From Coniocarpon cinnabarinum (lineage: Eukaryota), in contig JAVECO010000010.1 of the NCBI GenBank assembly GCA_051942205.1, positions 124,001 to 188,000 on the forward strand: DNA of 64,000 nt, read 5' to 3'. Within the stretch, counting starts at the first letter, position 1; each line of letters begins with the position of its first letter. The translations under genes were made by a program, and so were the position numbers. The notes below the pieces were generated by a model. That model made no database searches and was not told where the DNA came from. It worked only from the letters and a program-made list of their open reading frames with translations. This document shows positions 61,513 to 64,000 of the stretch, piece after piece.

Positions 61513-63566
61513 TCAAACCCCCACACCCTGCGGATTCCACAAAATCACATCTGGATCCACCGTCTCCTTCAAAGCCAATAACCTATTGTAAGTTTGCTCC
61601 CCAAAATAAACATCATGAGCTTCTTCCGCAGTCAAGCTCGAGTCTACATAGTTGATATAAGCACCAAAGGTTACGCCTGGCATTTGATTGGGAATGACGT
61701 CGTTGAGACCTTGGATGAAGGGCTCGATGCTTGATGGAAACGTGGGATCGATTGGTGGGAGGGGTATTGAGGCGTTTGAGGGAGGTGGTGGGATGGTAGA
61801 TGGGGACGATGATGACGGAGGAGTTGATCGTGTAGCCGGAGGGACATAGCCATAGTGTTGAAAGTCGAAGAGGGTATTTCTGTGGGGCCAGGCCGTTGAA
61901 TTTGAAGAGACCGCAGAAATGGCGGAACCCGGTCCGCCGAAGAGGTCGATGATTGAGTACCAGCTCTGTTGCTTGTTAGTCCATCGCATGGGCTGGACCT
62001 TGCTCGGGGCAAAATTGGCGAGGAGGAGGAGAGGAGGTAAAACATGACGAAGGAGACGGAGAGGAGGAGGAGGAACGAGCGAGGGAAAGAACAAGGGGAA
62101 GGATGATGTTGAATACGTACCGCGCCGTCGCCGAAGTTTCCGTGAGTTGTAATGTATTCGAAATAGGCGGTCCAGGCTTCAAGTGTGATGGGGGAGTCTT
62201 GGGGACTCATGAGGCTTTTGGCGAACTAGCTCGTGTCAGTCGGGTCTTCATGTCGTTGCTTTTCTGCTTTCCATCGCTCCACATGGCTCTTTTCCCTGTT
62301 GCGCAACATCACATTCTTCTACCGTTTCCATCAAAGCCGTCCGTTGAAGCAAACGTCCTCAGTGACAGCGACAACGCCACCCGCACGAGCTTCGTCGCCA
62401 ATCTCGCACGCTCATCTCTAACCGTGAATATCCTTCTTTCACAGTCCATCCTCAACATCGCAACATAAAAGACAAATCGACAGGAAAGAACTCACAAAAT
62501 CCGAAGAGAGGCTATACCCACTTCCCAGCGGCTGAACCAAATCTCCCTGTCCCTCTGCCAACACATCCAAAACCCCCCTCCAATCGAGCACCTGCACACT
62601 CTCCGTCGCCTGCGGTAAACCTCTCAGCAACTCCCCTCTAATCTTTCCCGCGTACTCCTCTTCACTCCCAAAGAAAAGCCCACTCAACGAAAAGCTCGAA
62701 GGGTCGATATAAACGCCGAATCCGATTCTGGAATCAATGACTGAAGCATTCAATGCGAAGTCCTGTAGATGCTGCATGATCGTTGCGGCAGTCGCGCCAG
62801 TACCGTTGTAAACGCCAGACCCGAAGGCGTAGGAAAAGTAAACTGACGACTGTGGTGCGTCGAAAGTCATGAAGTAAAAATTCGATATGACACCAAGTGA
62901 ATCCGCGGCGCCGCGAAGTCCCCAGAATAATTCCTCATTCTGAGTGTCATTCACGTGAAGGATACTCCCATTCGCGATAACGACATCCAGGCCCTCGATC
63001 GTGTCGAGTGTCAGTCCCCAAGCTCGAGACGCATAGCCATACCCTCCGTGGCTTGCGTGTCCGCCTATGCCGACACCAGGACAGCTTCCATGAGGCATCG
63101 CTCTCCCCTTCTTTAACAAAGCTAGCGCCATGTCACCAAGTCTCTGACCCGCTCCGACTTTCGCAATGTCATTGTCATCAACTTCAACATTGTTGAATCC
63201 TTGCAGAGAGATAACGAGGCTTCCGTCTTCGCCGCCTGACGAGAAAGCAGCGTACCCGTGCCCACCGGATTTGGGCTGCGTTCGCGTTCCTGTCGAGGAA
63301 GCACAAACGAGGGTTTGAGAGAGTTGGGTGGTACTATTGGGGGTGGCGATGGCGAGGGGTTGGTAGTTGAAGCGGGTGTTCCAGCTTTGGATTTGGGTTT
63401 CGTAGTTGGAAGAGGTGGGGGAGATGAAGGGGATGTTGGCCTGGTTGAGGCAGTTGATCAGAGCATCTGGGGAGTTAGAGGTAGATTGGGCGGTTGCGAG
63501 TGCGCTCAAAGAGAGAAGGGTGTTAAGGGAGGTGACGAGAACGGTGAAGAGGATTGATCGCAACAT
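61513..63566 (-). CDS. Secreted FAD-linked oxidase, BBE-like / AA7 oligosaccharide-oxidase type; exons 63566-62496, 62225-62121, 61965-61513
   Basis: Signal peptide, KSGGHGY and HGSCPGVGIGGH (His/Cys FAD attachment sites), ELFWGLRGA, F-FAKSL, AYINYVD...YFG..YNRLLALKETVDP..LWNPQ. Confidence 0.92.
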
Positions 63567-64000
63567 GGTTGTATTCTATCTTGTGAAACTCAGCCTTGTG
63601 GTGTTCTTTCTCGTGAGCGCGGGTGTCAAGAGGAAGACCAGGCGTAAGTGAAGCAAGTGAGGAATAGGGGGAGAAGAAGAAGGACGATGACGAAAGTATC
63701 GGCCAAGGTAAAGAGGTGAAGACCAATCGTGAGATGCGGACTAATATGGAATCAATACGCGACTGCGAGGGTGTGACGCTCGTGAGAGGCAGCGCTGGTG
63801 CGTAGCAGCTTGTTACAACACGAGATCGCGGCATCAGATTGCCGCACAGTGGCGTTTGCCTCGTTCTGACATTTGCCCTCAAATGTCACCTCGTCACGGG
63901 AGGTTGCATGATGCTTACGTCTCACTGCGCATTGTGTGAGGGGAGCTCGATTGGGTTTTGTCTCGTCTTGCTTTCATCGGGTAAGCAGAGGAAGTACTCC

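Overview
Gene-dense, intron-containing DNA from a filamentous ascomycete (Pezizomycotina-type GT-AG introns with CTRAC branch sites), with about 25 protein-coding genes and no rRNA, tRNA, CRISPR or intact transposon recognised. The left end holds housekeeping genes (ARP4 5' end, TIM50, cyclophilin), followed by accessory transporters and hydrolases. The main finding is a compact candidate fungal RiPP (dikaritin-type) cluster at about 23.0-29.8 kb. It has four genes in two divergent pairs: a divergent battenin/CLN3-like transporter, a DUF3328/UstYa oxidase with two HxxHC motifs, a 2OG-Fe(II) dioxygenase, and a spliced precursor the ORF track only partly captures. The precursor has a signal peptide and seven KR-delimited repeats, each carrying two Tyr-terminated sub-units (LTPDSY and LVP[G/E]SY) that match none of the dikaritin cores I know. 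About 3.5 kb further on is a divergent UbiA-type (Fma-TC-like) terpene cyclase/prenyltransferase plus P450 pair. Also present: a RIP-like degenerate triplicated repeat (14.3-15.1 kb), a frameshifted Cys-rich membrane-protein gene, two PTH11-like genes, an FAD monooxygenase and an AA7/BBE-like oxidase. All family calls come from motif recognition by eye, not database searches.
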